A stretch of 64,000 bases of DNA from Patescibacteria group bacterium (GCA_041650895.1 JBAZKF010000001.1:829181-893180), one strand, 5' to 3'; numbered from the stretch's first letter, positions 7,997-18,907 are shown. The notes: a model not told the origin generated them from the letters alone. Translations and numbers: made by a program.

Positions 7997-10129
7997 ATGC
8001 CCCGTAAAACACCCTTAGAAAGAATTAGAAACATTGGTATTATCGCCCACATTGATGCGGGCAAGACTACCGTATCAGAGCGCATTCTTTTTTATACCGG
8101 AAAGAAGCATAAGATCGGTGAAGTCCATGAAGGTGAAGCCACTATGGACTGGATGGAACAGGAACGCGAACGCGGTATTACCATTACATCCGCCGCTACC
8201 ACTTGTTATTGGCCTAACGCCGATTGGCTGGGCGGTCAAGATATCCAAATCAACTTAATTGATACCCCAGGCCACGTGGACTTTACTGCTGAAGTGGAGC
8301 GCTCTTTGCGCGTCTTGGATGGCGGTGTCATTGTTTTTGACGGCGTGGCCGGCGTGGAACCGCAATCTGAAACCGTCTGGCGTCAATCAGAGAAATATCA
8401 TGTGCCCAAACTTGGTTTCATTAATAAAATGGATCGCATGGGCGCAAACTTCTATAATGATCTAAAATCAATCTATGATCGTTTGACTCCTCATGCCCAT
8501 CCTATCCAGTTGCCGATCGGCGCCGCTGAGACTTTTACCGGCATCATTGATTTGCTTGAAATGAAAGCCGAGGTTTACAAGGATGATTTGGGAACCAAAT
8601 GGGAAATCACCGACGTGCCTGCCGATGAAGCGGAACGCGCTAAAAAATATCGCCACGAGTTAGTGGAAGCTATTGTGGAAACTGACGAAGCCTTGATGGA
8701 AAAATATTTGGCCGGTGAAGAGATCTCGGTAATTGATTTGAAGAAGGCATTGAGGAAAGCCACTATTGCTAATAAGCTTATACCGATATTATGCGGTAGC
8801 GCCTTAAAAAACAAAGGCGTGCAATTTTTGCTGAATGCCGTAGCCGAATACCTGCCTAATCCTTTGGAGGTTCCGGCTCCTATTGGCCACAGTGTTGAAG
8901 ATGAGACAAAAGAAATACCTTTAGTTGTCTCTGATGATGTGCCGTTGGCCGGTTTGGCATTTAAGATTGCTACCGATCCCTTCGTCGGCAAATTGGTATT
9001 TTATCGCGTATATTCCGGCGTTTTGAAATCCGGCTCTTATATTATTAATAACAAAACCGGCAATAAGGAACGCATCGGTCGTATTTTGCGCATGCACGCT
9101 AATTCGCGCGAAGAGGTTGATGAGGTATACGCCGGAGAAATCGCCGCCTTAGTCGGCATTAAGGATGTTACTACCGGTAATACTCTGTCTGATCCGTCTT
9201 TCCCTATACTTTTGGAATCAATTAAATTTCCCGATCCGGTTATTGATATCGCTATCGAGCCTAAAACTAAGGCCGATCAAGAAAAGATGGCTTTGGCTCT
9301 ATCCAAGTTGGCAGAAGAGGATCCGACTTTCCGCGTTCACACTGATGAAGAAACCGGCCAAACAATCATCTCCGGTATGGGCGAGTTGCATCTGGATATT
9401 ATTGTAGATCGCATGAAACGTGAGTTTAAAGTAGAAGCCAATATTGGCAAGCCCCAGGTCGCCTATCGTGAAACTATTAAAGGCAAGGCCGAAGCTGAAG
9501 GCAAATATATCCGCCAATCCGGCGGTCGTGGCCAATACGGCCATTGCTGGTTGCGTGTGGAACCGTCCGAACCTAATCAGGGTTTTGTTTTTGCTGATGA
9601 AGTTAAAGGTGGTGTTGTGCCTCGCGAATTTATTAAGCCGATTGAAAAGGGCGCCAGGGAAGCGACAGAGCGAGGTATTCTGGCCGGTTATCCCTTGATT
9701 GATGTCAAAGTCACCGTTTATGACGGTTCTTACCATGAGGTTGATTCGTCCGAAGCCGCCTTTAAGATTGCCGCCTCAATGGCTTTGCAGGACGCCGCCA
9801 AGCGCGCCACCCCGGTCATCTTGGAACCGGTGATGAAAGTCGAAGTTACTACCCCGGAGCAGTTCATGGGCGATGTTATCGGTGATTTGAATGCTCGTCG
9901 CGCTGTCATTAATTCTATGGAAGATCGAGGTGTCGGAGCTTCGGCCGTTAAGGTCATTAGCGCGCAAGTGCCGTTGGCCGAGATGTTCGGCTACGCCACT
10001 ATCGTGCGTTCCATGACCCAGGGTCGCGCTAATTACTCTATGGAGTTTTCTCGCTATATGGAAGTGCCGAAGAATGTGGAGATGAAGATCATTGAAGGTC
10101 GCCAGGGCAAAAAAGAAGAAAGACGCTAA
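7997..10129 (+). CDS. fusA: Elongation factor G
   Basis: [17 protein letters not shown]1 motif, DTPGHVDF, full-length 710 aa. Confidence 0.95.
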   Translation: MPRKTPLERIRNIGIIAHIDAGKTTVSERILFYTGKKHKIGEVHEGEATMDWMEQERERGITITSAATTCYWPNADWLGGQDIQINLIDTPGHVDFTAEVERSLRVLDGGVIVFDGVAGVEPQSETVWRQSEKYHVPKLGFINKMDRMGANFYNDLKSIYDRLTPHAHPIQLPIGAAETFTGIIDLLEMKAEVYKDDLGTKWEITDVPADEAERAKKYRHELVEAIVETDEALMEKYLAGEEISVIDLKKALRKATIANKLIPILCGSALKNKGVQFLLNAVAEYLPNPLEVPAPIGHSVEDETKEIPLVVSDDVPLAGLAFKIATDPFVGKLVFYRVYSGVLKSGSYIINNKTGNKERIGRILRMHANSREEVDEVYAGEIAALVGIKDVTTGNTLSDPSFPILLESIKFPDPVIDIAIEPKTKADQEKMALALSKLAEEDPTFRVHTDEETGQTIISGMGELHLDIIVDRMKREFKVEANIGKPQVAYRETIKGKAEAEGKYIRQSGGRGQYGHCWLRVEPSEPNQGFVFADEVKGGVVPREFIKPIEKGAREATERGILAGYPLIDVKVTVYDGSYHEVDSSEAAFKIAASMALQDAAKRATPVILEPVMKVEVTTPEQFMGDVIGDLNARRAVINSMEDRGVGASAVKVISAQVPLAEMFGYATIVRSMTQGRANYSMEFSRYMEVPKNVEMKIIEGRQGKKEERR

Positions 10130-10294
10130 AGATTTTAAATATAAAAAATACTCCGATAATTGTCGGGGTGTTTTTTTATATTAATTCGTTTATAATCAAG
10201 ATTAAAATTTTATTAAATATTAAAATAAGGTTATTAATTATTTGTGGTAGGTGGTTTTTATGTTATAATAGGGTTGTTATAATAAGCTATAGTT

Positions 10295-10549
10295 ATGCAT
10301 AAATCATTTGAAAGAACCCTTATCGGTCCTTATCGCGATATCGCCAGGGAACAGATGCAGCAAAGCAGAGAACCGGAAGTTACCAGTAAAGACAAAGCAG
10401 AACTTGAAATGGTGTTAAATTGGCATCTTGAGAATAGGGCTAAGCAGTCATCTTTGGAGAGGGGTACTGTTAAGGGGAAGCAAAAGACTCTCAGTAATCA
10501 AAGAGAAATTTTTGAAATTCAAAAAAAGAAACAGAAGTTGGTGGAATAG
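10295..10549 (+). CDS. Hypothetical protein; 5' part of a gene interrupted by an in-frame TAG
   Basis: Same frame as ORF 10682-11401. The 44 codons after TAG 10547-10549 are open and the downstream ORF has no ATG near its beginning. Confidence 0.4.
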   Translation: MHKSFERTLIGPYRDIAREQMQQSREPEVTSKDKAELEMVLNWHLENRAKQSSLERGTVKGKQKTLSNQREIFEIQKKKQKLVE

Positions 10550-10681
10550 CTGGAAAATGAGAGGGTCAAATTAAATAATCCTGACTATCGCCCGGAAAGA
10601 ATTCCCGGAAGTCGTGAAGTCATTGCCGAAGGAGATCAGTATTATGTTATTGAGGAGGACGGCGGTAGGGTCCCGATAACT

Positions 10682-11401
10682 TTGGGAGAAATAATTACTG
10701 ATCAGAGATTGGGTTTGAAATATTATTTGGATTCGGCAAGTATTTCCAGAGCCGTTAGGAAAAGATATATTTTTGAGAGAGTAAAAGGCCAATTGCAGGA
10801 TTTATTGGATTGTCAGATTATTTTGGATCAGCCGGAAATGGCTCCCGCCGTTGTGATTAAAAAAACTATAATTAACGGAAAGCGTAAATTTTTGGATAAT
10901 AATAAGGGTTTTATTGCGGAAATCATGGTAACTAATTTTTTGGATAAATTATCCTGGGATTTGGACGCTGATTTTGAATTGATTAGGACTGATGTTTACG
11001 AAGACGCAAAAAATAAGATTGATTTCGCTATTAGGCGCAAGCGTCATTATCGAGGCGTCAAAATTGAGAATGAAGAAATTGATAGCCAACGGCCAGCCGC
11101 TAAATTAGGTTTGGGTATTCAATTTACCATTAAAAAGGAAGGATTAGGAAGAAAACGTAAACAAGTTCAAGGAATTAGAGAAACAGTAAAAGAGGGAGGA
11201 GAATTGGACGATATTGTTTTAGTCAGGGTGCCATTAGAGAGTTTAAACATCATTTTTTCTCAGTGGGTAGCGGACGGTCGTCAGCCCGGCGGACCGGACA
11301 AGCTTTGGGATACGGCGATTAAACACGCTATCATTGGGGGTGTATTGAAGGGTCTGATGAGTCCCGAAGAAATTCAAGAGATTAAGGATAAGGTTAAATA
11401 A
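10682..11401 (+). CDS. Hypothetical protein; 3' part of TAG-interrupted gene (possible pseudogene)
   Basis: Long ORF whose first in-frame ATG lies ~52 codons in. Continuous with 10295-10549 across a single TAG. Confidence 0.4.
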   Translation: MGEIITDQRLGLKYYLDSASISRAVRKRYIFERVKGQLQDLLDCQIILDQPEMAPAVVIKKTIINGKRKFLDNNKGFIAEIMVTNFLDKLSWDLDADFELIRTDVYEDAKNKIDFAIRRKRHYRGVKIENEEIDSQRPAAKLGLGIQFTIKKEGLGRKRKQVQGIRETVKEGGELDDIVLVRVPLESLNIIFSQWVADGRQPGGPDKLWDTAIKHAIIGGVLKGLMSPEEIQEIKDKVK

Positions 11402-11415
11402 AGATCAGCGGTAAA

Positions 11416-11446
11416 AATACTCCGGCAGCTGTGCCGGAGTATTTTT
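11416..11446 (+). terminator. Rho-independent terminator (TACTCCGGCA/TGCCGGAGTA stem + T-run)
   Basis: Perfect 10-bp stem, loop GCTG, then TTTTTGTTT. Confidence 0.6.
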
Positions 11447-11501
11447 GTTTAAAAACTTGAAAAAAATAGCATATTTTAGTACTATTAAGGCAATATAATA
11501 T

Positions 11502-14195
11502 ATGTCAAAAATAGAATTAGCCAAGGCGTATGACGCCGAATCTGTCGAAGACGGAATCTACCGCAAATGGGAAGAATCCGGTTATTTTAATCCCGATAAT
11601 CTGCCGGGTGAACGGCCGGAGAAATTTGTCGTCTCCATGCCCCCGCCCAATGTTACCGGCGTTTTACACTTGGGTCATGCCCTGGAGAATTCTATTATGG
11701 ATATCGAGTTGCGTTACCAGCGACTCAAGGGTAAGCGAGCATTACTTGTGCCTGGAACAGATCATGCGGCTGTGGCTACTCAAGCCAGGGTGGAAGATGA
11801 ACTCAAAAAACAAGGCATCAAGCATCCGCGTCAAGAGTTGGGTCGCGAGGAACTGCTGAAAAAAATTCGCGAGTATGCAGAAGAAAAAAAATCAGTTATT
11901 TTATCGCAGATAAAAAAAATAGGTACATCCTGCGATTGGTCGCGTTTAGCTTATACTTTTGATGAACCTCGTACCAAGGCGGTGAATGAATTATTCCGTC
12001 GGATGTTTGCCGATGGTTTGATTTATCGCGGTTATCGCGTAGTCAATTGGTCGGTTAAGGGGCAATCCACCTGCTCTGATGATGAGTTGGTATATGAAAC
12101 CGTTAAGACTACGGTTTATACTTTTAAGTATAGTCAGGATTTTCCTATCGCTATTGCCACCACTCGTCCGGAAACCAAATTGGGTGATACGGCTGTGGCA
12201 GTTAATCCTGATGATGATAGATATAAACAATACATCGGCCAGAAGTTTACGGTAGATGTTGGTGCGGCTAAGCCGCTTGTCATTACGATTATTGCCGACA
12301 AAAATGTTGATGTGAATTATGGCACGGGCGCGGTCGGCGTTACGCCGGCGCACAGCCAGATTGATTTTGAGATGTATGAGCAGAATAAAGATATTGGTAT
12401 TATTCCGGTTATCGGTAAAGACGGTCGGATGTTACCTGTCGCGGGCAAAGATTATGATGGTTTGACTATTAATGAAGCCCGGGAAAAATTCGTAGATTGG
12501 CTTAAAGCTAATCATCTCTACATTAAAGAAGAGGAGGTTGAACATAATGTCGGCAAGTCGGACAGGTTCGGCGATGTGGCTGAAGCGCTCCCCATGGAGC
12601 AATGGTTTGTGGATGTAAAAAAGCAGATTCCCGGCCGCGGTAAAACCTTAAAGGATTTGATGCGCGAAGCCGTAACCATCGGCCATAATCATGACAAAAA
12701 CAAAATTATCAAGATTACGCCGGAGAGATTCCACAATACTTATTTGCATTGGATTGATAATTTACGCGATTGGTGCATCTCCCGTCAAGTTTGGTGGGGT
12801 CACCGCATACCCGTGTGGTATTGCGACGATTGCGGAGAAATATTTTACTCTGATCAACCGGTAGACAAATGTCCCAAATGCGACAACAGCCAGGTACGTC
12901 AAGATGAGGATACCTTAGATACTTGGTTTTCTTCGGGTGCCTGGACTTTTTCCACTTTGGGCTGGCCGGAGCAAACTGACGATTTAAAAAAATACCATCC
13001 GACAACTTGGATGCAAATGGGTTATGAAATTTTATTTTTCTGGATGGCCAGAATGATCCTGATGACCACTTATGCTCTTGATGACATTCCTTTCAAAGAT
13101 GTTTATATTCATGGCATTTTACGCGCCAAAGACGGCCGTAAGTTTTCTAAATCTTTGGGTAATGGCCTAGATCCGTTAGAAATTATTGAAAAATACGGCA
13201 CTGACGCTTTACGTTTGTCTTTAATTAAGGGTACGACCGCCGGCAACGATGCCAGGTTTTATGAAGAGAAGGTGGAGGCGGCGAGGAATTTTGTCAATAA
13301 ATTATGGAATATTTCCCGCTATATCCTGTCTACCGTGGAAAATCCTCGGTTGGTAGAAGTGGCGCCGGAACCCATTACCCTAGCTGATAAATGGTTATTG
13401 GATAAGTTAAATGCTAAAATCTACGAAGCCACCAAGCAATTGGACAATTGTGAGTTCTCTTTGGCCAGTGAGATTTTGTATGACTTTACTTGGAGTGATT
13501 TTGCCGATTGGTATTTGGAGGTCGCCAAAATAGAAAAAGGTAAGGATGATATTCTGCTTTATGTTCTGCAAACGCTATTAAGACTCTGGCATCCGTATAT
13601 GCCGTTTATCACTGAAGAGATTTGGGACAAATTAGCGGACGAGAGAATATTAATGGTGGAGTCCTGGCCGGTTAGTAAAGAAGTGGGATTATGGGATAAG
13701 ATAAAAGAGATAGCATATTTGTCAGTCAGCGAAGGTGGCAATGATTTTGAAGTTGTCAAAGAGTTAATCATAGCGATTAGGAATCTGCGCGCGGAAAATA
13801 AGATTGAACCAGCTAAGTTGATTGATATTGTAATTATTAGCGCTAAAAAGGAATTATTGGAGTCGCAAGCAAAGATTATTAAGCGTCTGGCACGGCTGCA
13901 AAATTTGGCGATTGATTCTGTCGGAGTCAAACCGGAAAATTCCGCGGTTAAAGTTATTGAAGGATCGGAGATTTATTTAGTCTTGGCCGGGCTGATCAAT
14001 ATTGGAGCAGAAAAGGAACGCTTGGCTAAAGAAATTATGGAGACGGAAAAATACTTGAGCGGTTTGCAAAGCAAGATGGATAATGAGGAATTTGTGAAAA
14101 ATGCACCCAAAGCAGTGGTGGAAAAAGAAAAAGAAAAGTTGACTGTTGCCGAAGAGAAGCTTGCTAAATTACGCGAGCAAGTCAATAGTCTATAG
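11502..14195 (+). CDS. valS: Valine--tRNA ligase
   Basis: Class I HIGH motif (PNVTGVLHLGHAL), KMSKS variant KFSKSLGN, C-terminal coiled-coil, 897 aa. Stop is TAG. Confidence 0.95.
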   Translation: MSKIELAKAYDAESVEDGIYRKWEESGYFNPDNLPGERPEKFVVSMPPPNVTGVLHLGHALENSIMDIELRYQRLKGKRALLVPGTDHAAVATQARVEDELKKQGIKHPRQELGREELLKKIREYAEEKKSVILSQIKKIGTSCDWSRLAYTFDEPRTKAVNELFRRMFADGLIYRGYRVVNWSVKGQSTCSDDELVYETVKTTVYTFKYSQDFPIAIATTRPETKLGDTAVAVNPDDDRYKQYIGQKFTVDVGAAKPLVITIIADKNVDVNYGTGAVGVTPAHSQIDFEMYEQNKDIGIIPVIGKDGRMLPVAGKDYDGLTINEAREKFVDWLKANHLYIKEEEVEHNVGKSDRFGDVAEALPMEQWFVDVKKQIPGRGKTLKDLMREAVTIGHNHDKNKIIKITPERFHNTYLHWIDNLRDWCISRQVWWGHRIPVWYCDDCGEIFYSDQPVDKCPKCDNSQVRQDEDTLDTWFSSGAWTFSTLGWPEQTDDLKKYHPTTWMQMGYEILFFWMARMILMTTYALDDIPFKDVYIHGILRAKDGRKFSKSLGNGLDPLEIIEKYGTDALRLSLIKGTTAGNDARFYEEKVEAARNFVNKLWNISRYILSTVENPRLVEVAPEPITLADKWLLDKLNAKIYEATKQLDNCEFSLASEILYDFTWSDFADWYLEVAKIEKGKDDILLYVLQTLLRLWHPYMPFITEEIWDKLADERILMVESWPVSKEVGLWDKIKEIAYLSVSEGGNDFEVVKELIIAIRNLRAENKIEPAKLIDIVIISAKKELLESQAKIIKRLARLQNLAIDSVGVKPENSAVKVIEGSEIYLVLAGLINIGAEKERLAKEIMETEKYLSGLQSKMDNEEFVKNAPKAVVEKEKEKLTVAEEKLAKLREQVNSL

Positions 14196-14291
14196 CTCAC
14201 TATTTTTTACGATATTTTCATATTCATTTTTATAAAAAGTTAGTGCAACACCTGTTTGTTAGCGTCTTTATTAAATACATAATTTTTTGAA

Positions 14292-14330
14292 TAAAAAAGA
14301 AACCCCGCACTGCGCAAGCAGGGCGGGGAG
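14292..14330. terminator. GC-rich hairpin between convergent valS and the minus-strand gene; T-run is on the minus-strand side
   Basis: CCCCGCACTGCGCAAGCAGGGCGGGG nested palindrome. A-run upstream on plus strand, which is a T-run for the minus-strand gene. Confidence 0.5.
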
Positions 14331-14338
14331 TTGTGTAA

Positions 14339-15043
14339 TTAGGCGATCTCGGCGGCTTCCGAGCGCATTTTATCAAAGGCGCTTTTTTTGGTGGCGTGAG
14401 ATCCCCATTTAACATAAGAACTATGACTCATCTGCTGGGCTTTTGCAATATTGCCTCGGCAGATCATGAGGCAGCAGCCAAACAAGTCAAATAGATCGCG
14501 CGGGGCGTTGCGATGGCCGTACTTTATTTTTCCCGCAACGATTTGTTTTTTCCCGTCAGTGATAAGCTTTTGGCGGTATTGTCTTGCCCGATATATGGTA
14601 GCTAACGCCCCTATGGTTTCGGCGGCTCCCAATTGTACGCCGATTTCCAGGCAGACGAAGTCATACCAATAGCCATACCCGAATGGCAACGGCTTGAATA
14701 AATACCGACAGCCGTCGATGGTGTCGACATACTCTGACAATTCTTCCGCTTTGGGAATGCGCGGTATTTTCTGGAAAAAAATGTCGGCTTCAATAAAGTA
14801 TTCTTCCGCTGATTTTAGTATTCCGTCGAAACACGGGGCGTCGGTCAGCAGTACGCTTCCCGTGCATTGTAGCGCGGCTAAGTCGGCTCTGCCGATTTTG
14901 TCAGCTAAGACGTTCATGGCTTCCAAGAAAAGCTCATCCGCGATATGCAGGGCGAAGTTATTGTTGTTGAAATCGCTTGCATTTCCTTCGCCTTCGTTTA
15001 TGAACACAACATGCAGGTCGCGGCGTGGTCCGTATTCTCTCAT
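14339..15043 (-). CDS. Hypothetical protein
   Basis: 234-aa ORF with AAGGAG SD 6 nt upstream, convergent with valS. No domain confidently recognised. Confidence 0.55.
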   Translation of the reverse strand: MREYGPRRDLHVVFINEGEGNASDFNNNNFALHIADELFLEAMNVLADKIGRADLAALQCTGSVLLTDAPCFDGILKSAEEYFIEADIFFQKIPRIPKAEELSEYVDTIDGCRYLFKPLPFGYGYWYDFVCLEIGVQLGAAETIGALATIYRARQYRQKLITDGKKQIVAGKIKYGHRNAPRDLFDLFGCCLMICRGNIAKAQQMSHSSYVKWGSHATKKSAFDKMRSEAAEIA

Positions 15044-15347
15044 TCTCTGATACTCCTTGTTCTTCGGACTTTAATAAGGAACAGATAGAACCGCCATCGT
15101 CCACATAAACGATTTTGGTTTCGGATATAGCCAATCGCCCGACAAAGACGATTAACATAGTATTATATCAAATAGTCATGCTTTTGTCAATGTTTTTAAC
15201 AAATAGTTATCCACACCCTTTAATTTAGTCGTTACTACTTTACAAAGTCCTGCTTTTACTATATTATTATTAAATCAACGCTAAATTATTGCCAGTTAAA
15301 GCGGTTAGACAGTATTCAGCCGCTAATTTATCAACTCAGCAATTAAT

Positions 15348-15704
15348 ATGCCTAATCTCACAAAATTAGTAAATTTACTCAAAAAAACAGGTGATAAGGC
15401 CATTGTTTTGGATGAGCACGGTGAACCGGGCTATGTTATTATGACTGTCGCTGATTATGAAGATTTAATTTTAGGTAAATCCGGCGTCTCGGGCTTGACA
15501 GAAGACGAACTTTTAGATAAAATAAATCGTGATATCGCCATTTGGAAGGATAATCAAGAATTAAGAGAATTATCAGTTGATCAGTACAATTTTGCTAAAG
15601 ACATCGGAGTTGTCCCTGGTGATGAAGTTTTCTCTGAATTTAGCCAAAATAGTCAAGAGATTCAGGATGAGGATCGATATTATTTTGAGCCGGTAAGTGG
15701 TTAA
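15348..15704 (+). CDS. Hypothetical protein; N-terminus weakly resembles Phd/YefM antitoxin fold, acidic C-terminus
   Basis: KAIVLDEHGEPGYVIMTVADYEDL resembles the Phd/YefM N-terminal pattern. No toxin partner adjacent. Confidence 0.4.
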   Translation: MPNLTKLVNLLKKTGDKAIVLDEHGEPGYVIMTVADYEDLILGKSGVSGLTEDELLDKINRDIAIWKDNQELRELSVDQYNFAKDIGVVPGDEVFSEFSQNSQEIQDEDRYYFEPVSG

Positions 15705-15749
15705 ATTGATTGTGAGGTAACTGTGGAAAAAACATAGTACCGCTCCCTC

Positions 15750-15777
15750 TTGATTTTTTTTGTTTTTGTGATATAAT
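15750..15777 (+). promoter_or_regulatory. Promoter TTGATT-16bp-TGaTATAAT (extended -10) upstream of tuf
   Basis: Hexamers about 100 nt upstream of the tuf start. Confidence 0.45.
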
Positions 15778-15876
15778 AGTCAAGCTAATAAAAATAATAA
15801 ATAATACTAAATAATCTTGAGTTCTGGCTAAAACTCCCCGGATTTGAGGGCGAGGAACTCAAAAAGGATAACTAAC

Positions 15877-17061
15877 ATGGCAGAAGCATTCAACAGAAGC
15901 AAGCCCCACGTTAATGTGGGTACCATCGGTCACGTCGACCACGGCAAAACCACTTTGACCGCGGCTATTTTGGCTACTTTAAGCGCTCGCGGTTTTACCG
16001 CCCAGCACAAATCAGTCGATCAGATTGACGCCGCTCCGGAAGAAAAAGCCCGCGGTATCACTATTGCGACTGCTCACGTAGAATACGAAACTGAAAAGCG
16101 CCACTATGCTCATGTGGATTGCCCAGGTCATGCTGATTATATCAAGAACATGATCACTGGCGCCGCCCAGATGGACGGAGCTATTTTGGTTGTGGCCGCC
16201 ACTGATGGTCCTATGCCTCAGACTAGAGAGCATATCCTTTTGGCTTATCAAGTCGGCGTGCCTTATATCGTTGTTTTCATTAACAAGGTTGATCAAGCCG
16301 ATCCGGAAATGATTGATTTAGTAGAAGGTGAAATCCGCGAATTGTTGACCAAGTACAATTATCCCGGCGAAACCACCCCGATTATCAAGGGTTCTGCTTT
16401 GAAGGCCTTAGAAAATCCGAATGGTTCTGACGCTGATTGCATTATAGAGTTAATGAACGCCTTGGATACTTATATCCCTGAGCCGCAGCGCGCTACCGAC
16501 CAGTCTTTCTTAATGCCGATTGAAGATGTCTTCTCTATTGAAGGCCGCGGTACCGTTGTTACCGGTAGAATTGAACGCGGTATAATTAAGACTAACGAGG
16601 AAGTAGAAATCGTTGGTTTGGCCGATACTAAGAAAACCGTTGTTACCGGCATCGAAATGTTTAATAAATCTTTAGATGAAGGCAGAGCTGGTGATAATGC
16701 TGGCATTCTCTTGCGCGGTACTAAGAAAGAAGAAGTTGAGCGTGGCCAAGTTTTGGCCAAACCGGGTTCCATTACCCCGCACTCAGAGTTTGAAGCCGAA
16801 GTCTATATCTTGTCTAAAGAAGAAGGCGGACGCCACAAACCCTTCTTTAATGGCTATAAACCACAATTCTATGTCAGAACAACTGACGTAACCGGTGAAA
16901 TCACTTTGCCGGCCGGAACGGAAATGGTTATGCCTGGAGATACCGTTAATGTTATCGTCAAACTAGGTAAAACCGTTGCCATGGAAGAGAAAATGAAATT
17001 CGCTATTCGTGAAGGTGGCCATACTGTCGGCGCCGGCGTTGTAACGAAGATCGTTAAATAA
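15877..17061 (+). CDS. tuf: Elongation factor Tu
   Basis: [38 protein letters not shown] at 15877 chosen over the track's upstream alternative start. Confidence 0.95.
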   Translation: MAEAFNRSKPHVNVGTIGHVDHGKTTLTAAILATLSARGFTAQHKSVDQIDAAPEEKARGITIATAHVEYETEKRHYAHVDCPGHADYIKNMITGAAQMDGAILVVAATDGPMPQTREHILLAYQVGVPYIVVFINKVDQADPEMIDLVEGEIRELLTKYNYPGETTPIIKGSALKALENPNGSDADCIIELMNALDTYIPEPQRATDQSFLMPIEDVFSIEGRGTVVTGRIERGIIKTNEEVEIVGLADTKKTVVTGIEMFNKSLDEGRAGDNAGILLRGTKKEEVERGQVLAKPGSITPHSEFEAEVYILSKEEGGRHKPFFNGYKPQFYVRTTDVTGEITLPAGTEMVMPGDTVNVIVKLGKTVAMEEKMKFAIREGGHTVGAGVVTKIVK

Positions 17062-17221
17062 TTTTTCAGGATTCATCATACTTAGCGGGGAGAAGCGCAA
17101 GTTTGTCCCCGCGATAGTAGAATGGATTAGTTAAATTTGTAATTTTTAAAACTATTCTGCCTTAGTCATTGCGTCCGTTATAAATTAATTAACGTATTCG
17201 GACGGTAAGACCAGTATAACT

Positions 17222-17554
17222 ATGACCACTAAAGTAGCCGAGGGCAAAGCCCACCAAAGAATCAGGATCAAGCTTAAAGCGTACGATCATAAGATTATTG
17301 ATAACTCTGCCAAGAAAATTATTGAGAGTTGCCATCGTTTTGGCGTGAAGGTTGTCGGTCCGGTACCCTTGCCTACAGAAAAACGCAAGTACACCGTTAA
17401 CCGTTCCACTTTCGTGCACAAGAATGCACGTGATCAGTTTGAAATGCGTACGCACAAGCGTTTGATTGATATTATTGATCCGACCGCCCAGGTCGTTGAC
17501 GCCTTAATGGGGCTAAATTTGCCAGCTGGCGTAAATATTGAAATTAAAATGTAG
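17222..17554 (+). CDS. rpsJ: 30S ribosomal protein S10
   Basis: Conserved S10 sequence ([16 protein letters not shown]...........GP.PLPT). Confidence 0.95.
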   Translation: MTTKVAEGKAHQRIRIKLKAYDHKIIDNSAKKIIESCHRFGVKVVGPVPLPTEKRKYTVNRSTFVHKNARDQFEMRTHKRLIDIIDPTAQVVDALMGLNLPAGVNIEIKM

Positions 17555-17561
17555 TTTTACA

Positions 17562-17807
17562 ATTAGGAACCAAAGACAGTACGTTTTTTTTGGGGGGGGG
17601 AGATGAACGTCAGAAACCCTGACGCGGGACAAGCTATATTCAAGGTGTGGCCGAGGGAGTTACACAGTATTTCCCGTTGATAGCAGGTACTAAGTCCCCC
17701 TCCCCTTATTTTGGGAGAAAGGTCCGTAAACTTCTGATTAGATTTCTGGGGGAGCGCCTCAGTATCGAAAAGAATACCTTTCTCCTTTGTCTCTGGTTCC
17801 TAATTGA
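17562..17807 (+). ncRNA. Candidate structured non-coding element between rpsJ and rplC (identity unknown)
   Basis: No ORF and GC higher than surroundings. 18-bp terminal inverted repeat (AATTAGGAACCAAAGACAG / TGTCTCTGGTTCCTAATT), internal perfect 9-bp pair GGAGAAAGG/CCTTTCTCC, GTCAG-AAACC-CTGAC hairpin, T8G9 tract pairing with CCCCCTCCCC. Confidence 0.3.
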
Positions 17808-18084
17808 TAATTAAAATATAATTCGCTTCGTTATTAAACGAGGCTAGGCCTAAGCGGCCGCTAAAGAAAATGAAGAAAGATCCCAAGCTTAAAGCAGCAA
17901 TCAGCGGGAAAACCTTCATGAGTAGGGAGCAGCCCGCAAAAAGGAGTTTTACCTAAAAACCACAACTTAATAACGACTGTAGCCAATTTTTGTCTTTAGA
18001 AGATGAATTGGGTAGGGCGTGTTAAAGTTAAGGTTCGGGTAAAACCGGACTTTTTGTTTAAATAGCAAATGTGATTCAAAGATT

Positions 18085-18897
18085 ATGAAATTCATTTTGG
18101 GAAAAAAAGTAGAAATGACACAGCTGTACAAAGAAGATGGCACAGTTGTTCCAGTAACGGCAGTTTTGGCTTTGCCTAATGTTGTTACTCAAGTCAAATC
18201 AACCGATACCAAGGATGGCTATAACGCTGTTCAAGTCGGTTTTGGCGTTGATAAAAAACCGGGTAAATCCAGAATCGGTCATTTGAAGGATTTGCCATTA
18301 GTTAAAACCGTCCGCGAATTCCGCTTGGCCGATAAAGAGGTTGCCGGTGTTAAACGCGGTGACATTATTACGGTGGAAGTTTTTGCCGAAGGCGATGCTA
18401 TCGCTGTAACTGGTCAATCCAAGGGTAAGGGTTTTCAGGGCGTGGTCAAACGTCATGGTTTTCATGGTCAGAATTCTTCTCATGGCCATAAGGATCAAGA
18501 AAGAATGCCTGGTTCTATTGGCGCCGGTGGAGTTCAGCGTGTTTTTAAGGGCCGGAGAATGGCAGGACAAATGGGTGATGAGCAGGTTACTGTATCCGGA
18601 CTTCAGATTATTGCCGTTGAACCGGAAAAAAACATTTTATATGTCAAAGGCGCTGTTCCTGGAGCCCGTCATGGTTTGATCATGATTTACGGTCCCGGAG
18701 AGATGATAATCAAGCAAGAAGAGCCGATGAAAGAAAATTTAGCGGAACAAGTCGTTGAAGCTCCGATTGCTGAAACTAAGGAAGTTAAGGTGGAATCACC
18801 GGAAGAAAGTGTTACTGAGACTAAAACTGAAACTAAAGAAACTATTGTTGAAGCAGCACCAGTTGAAGAAAATAAAATCGAAGAAGCAAAAGAATAA
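18085..18897 (+). CDS. rplC: 50S ribosomal protein L3 with ~60-aa acidic/lysine-rich C-terminal extension
   Basis: MKFILGKKVEMTQLY...GKGFQGVVKRHGF.G. Extension is rich in E/K/T/V. Confidence 0.9.
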   Translation: MKFILGKKVEMTQLYKEDGTVVPVTAVLALPNVVTQVKSTDTKDGYNAVQVGFGVDKKPGKSRIGHLKDLPLVKTVREFRLADKEVAGVKRGDIITVEVFAEGDAIAVTGQSKGKGFQGVVKRHGFHGQNSSHGHKDQERMPGSIGAGGVQRVFKGRRMAGQMGDEQVTVSGLQIIAVEPEKNILYVKGAVPGARHGLIMIYGPGEMIIKQEEPMKENLAEQVVEAPIAETKEVKVESPEESVTETKTETKETIVEAAPVEENKIEEAKE

Positions 18898-18907
18898 ATA
18901 AGTTATT

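Noticed and set aside
8034-9967. Overlapping ORFs within fusA on both strands
   Set aside because: They are embedded in a highly conserved EF-G coding frame and show no independent start signals.
10547-10549. Alternative genetic code (stop-codon reassignment) as explanation for the in-frame TAG
   Set aside because: TAG terminates valS, and TGA and TAA terminate many conserved genes at the expected lengths, so standard bacterial code applies.
17555-18084. Assignment of the rpsJ-rplC structured region to RNase P RNA, tmRNA or SRP RNA
   Set aside because: Only weak partial resemblance to conserved signature motifs (e.g. GAAAGGTCCG vs GGAAAGTCCGG). No tRNA-like 3' end and no tag-peptide ORF. 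Left as unassigned.
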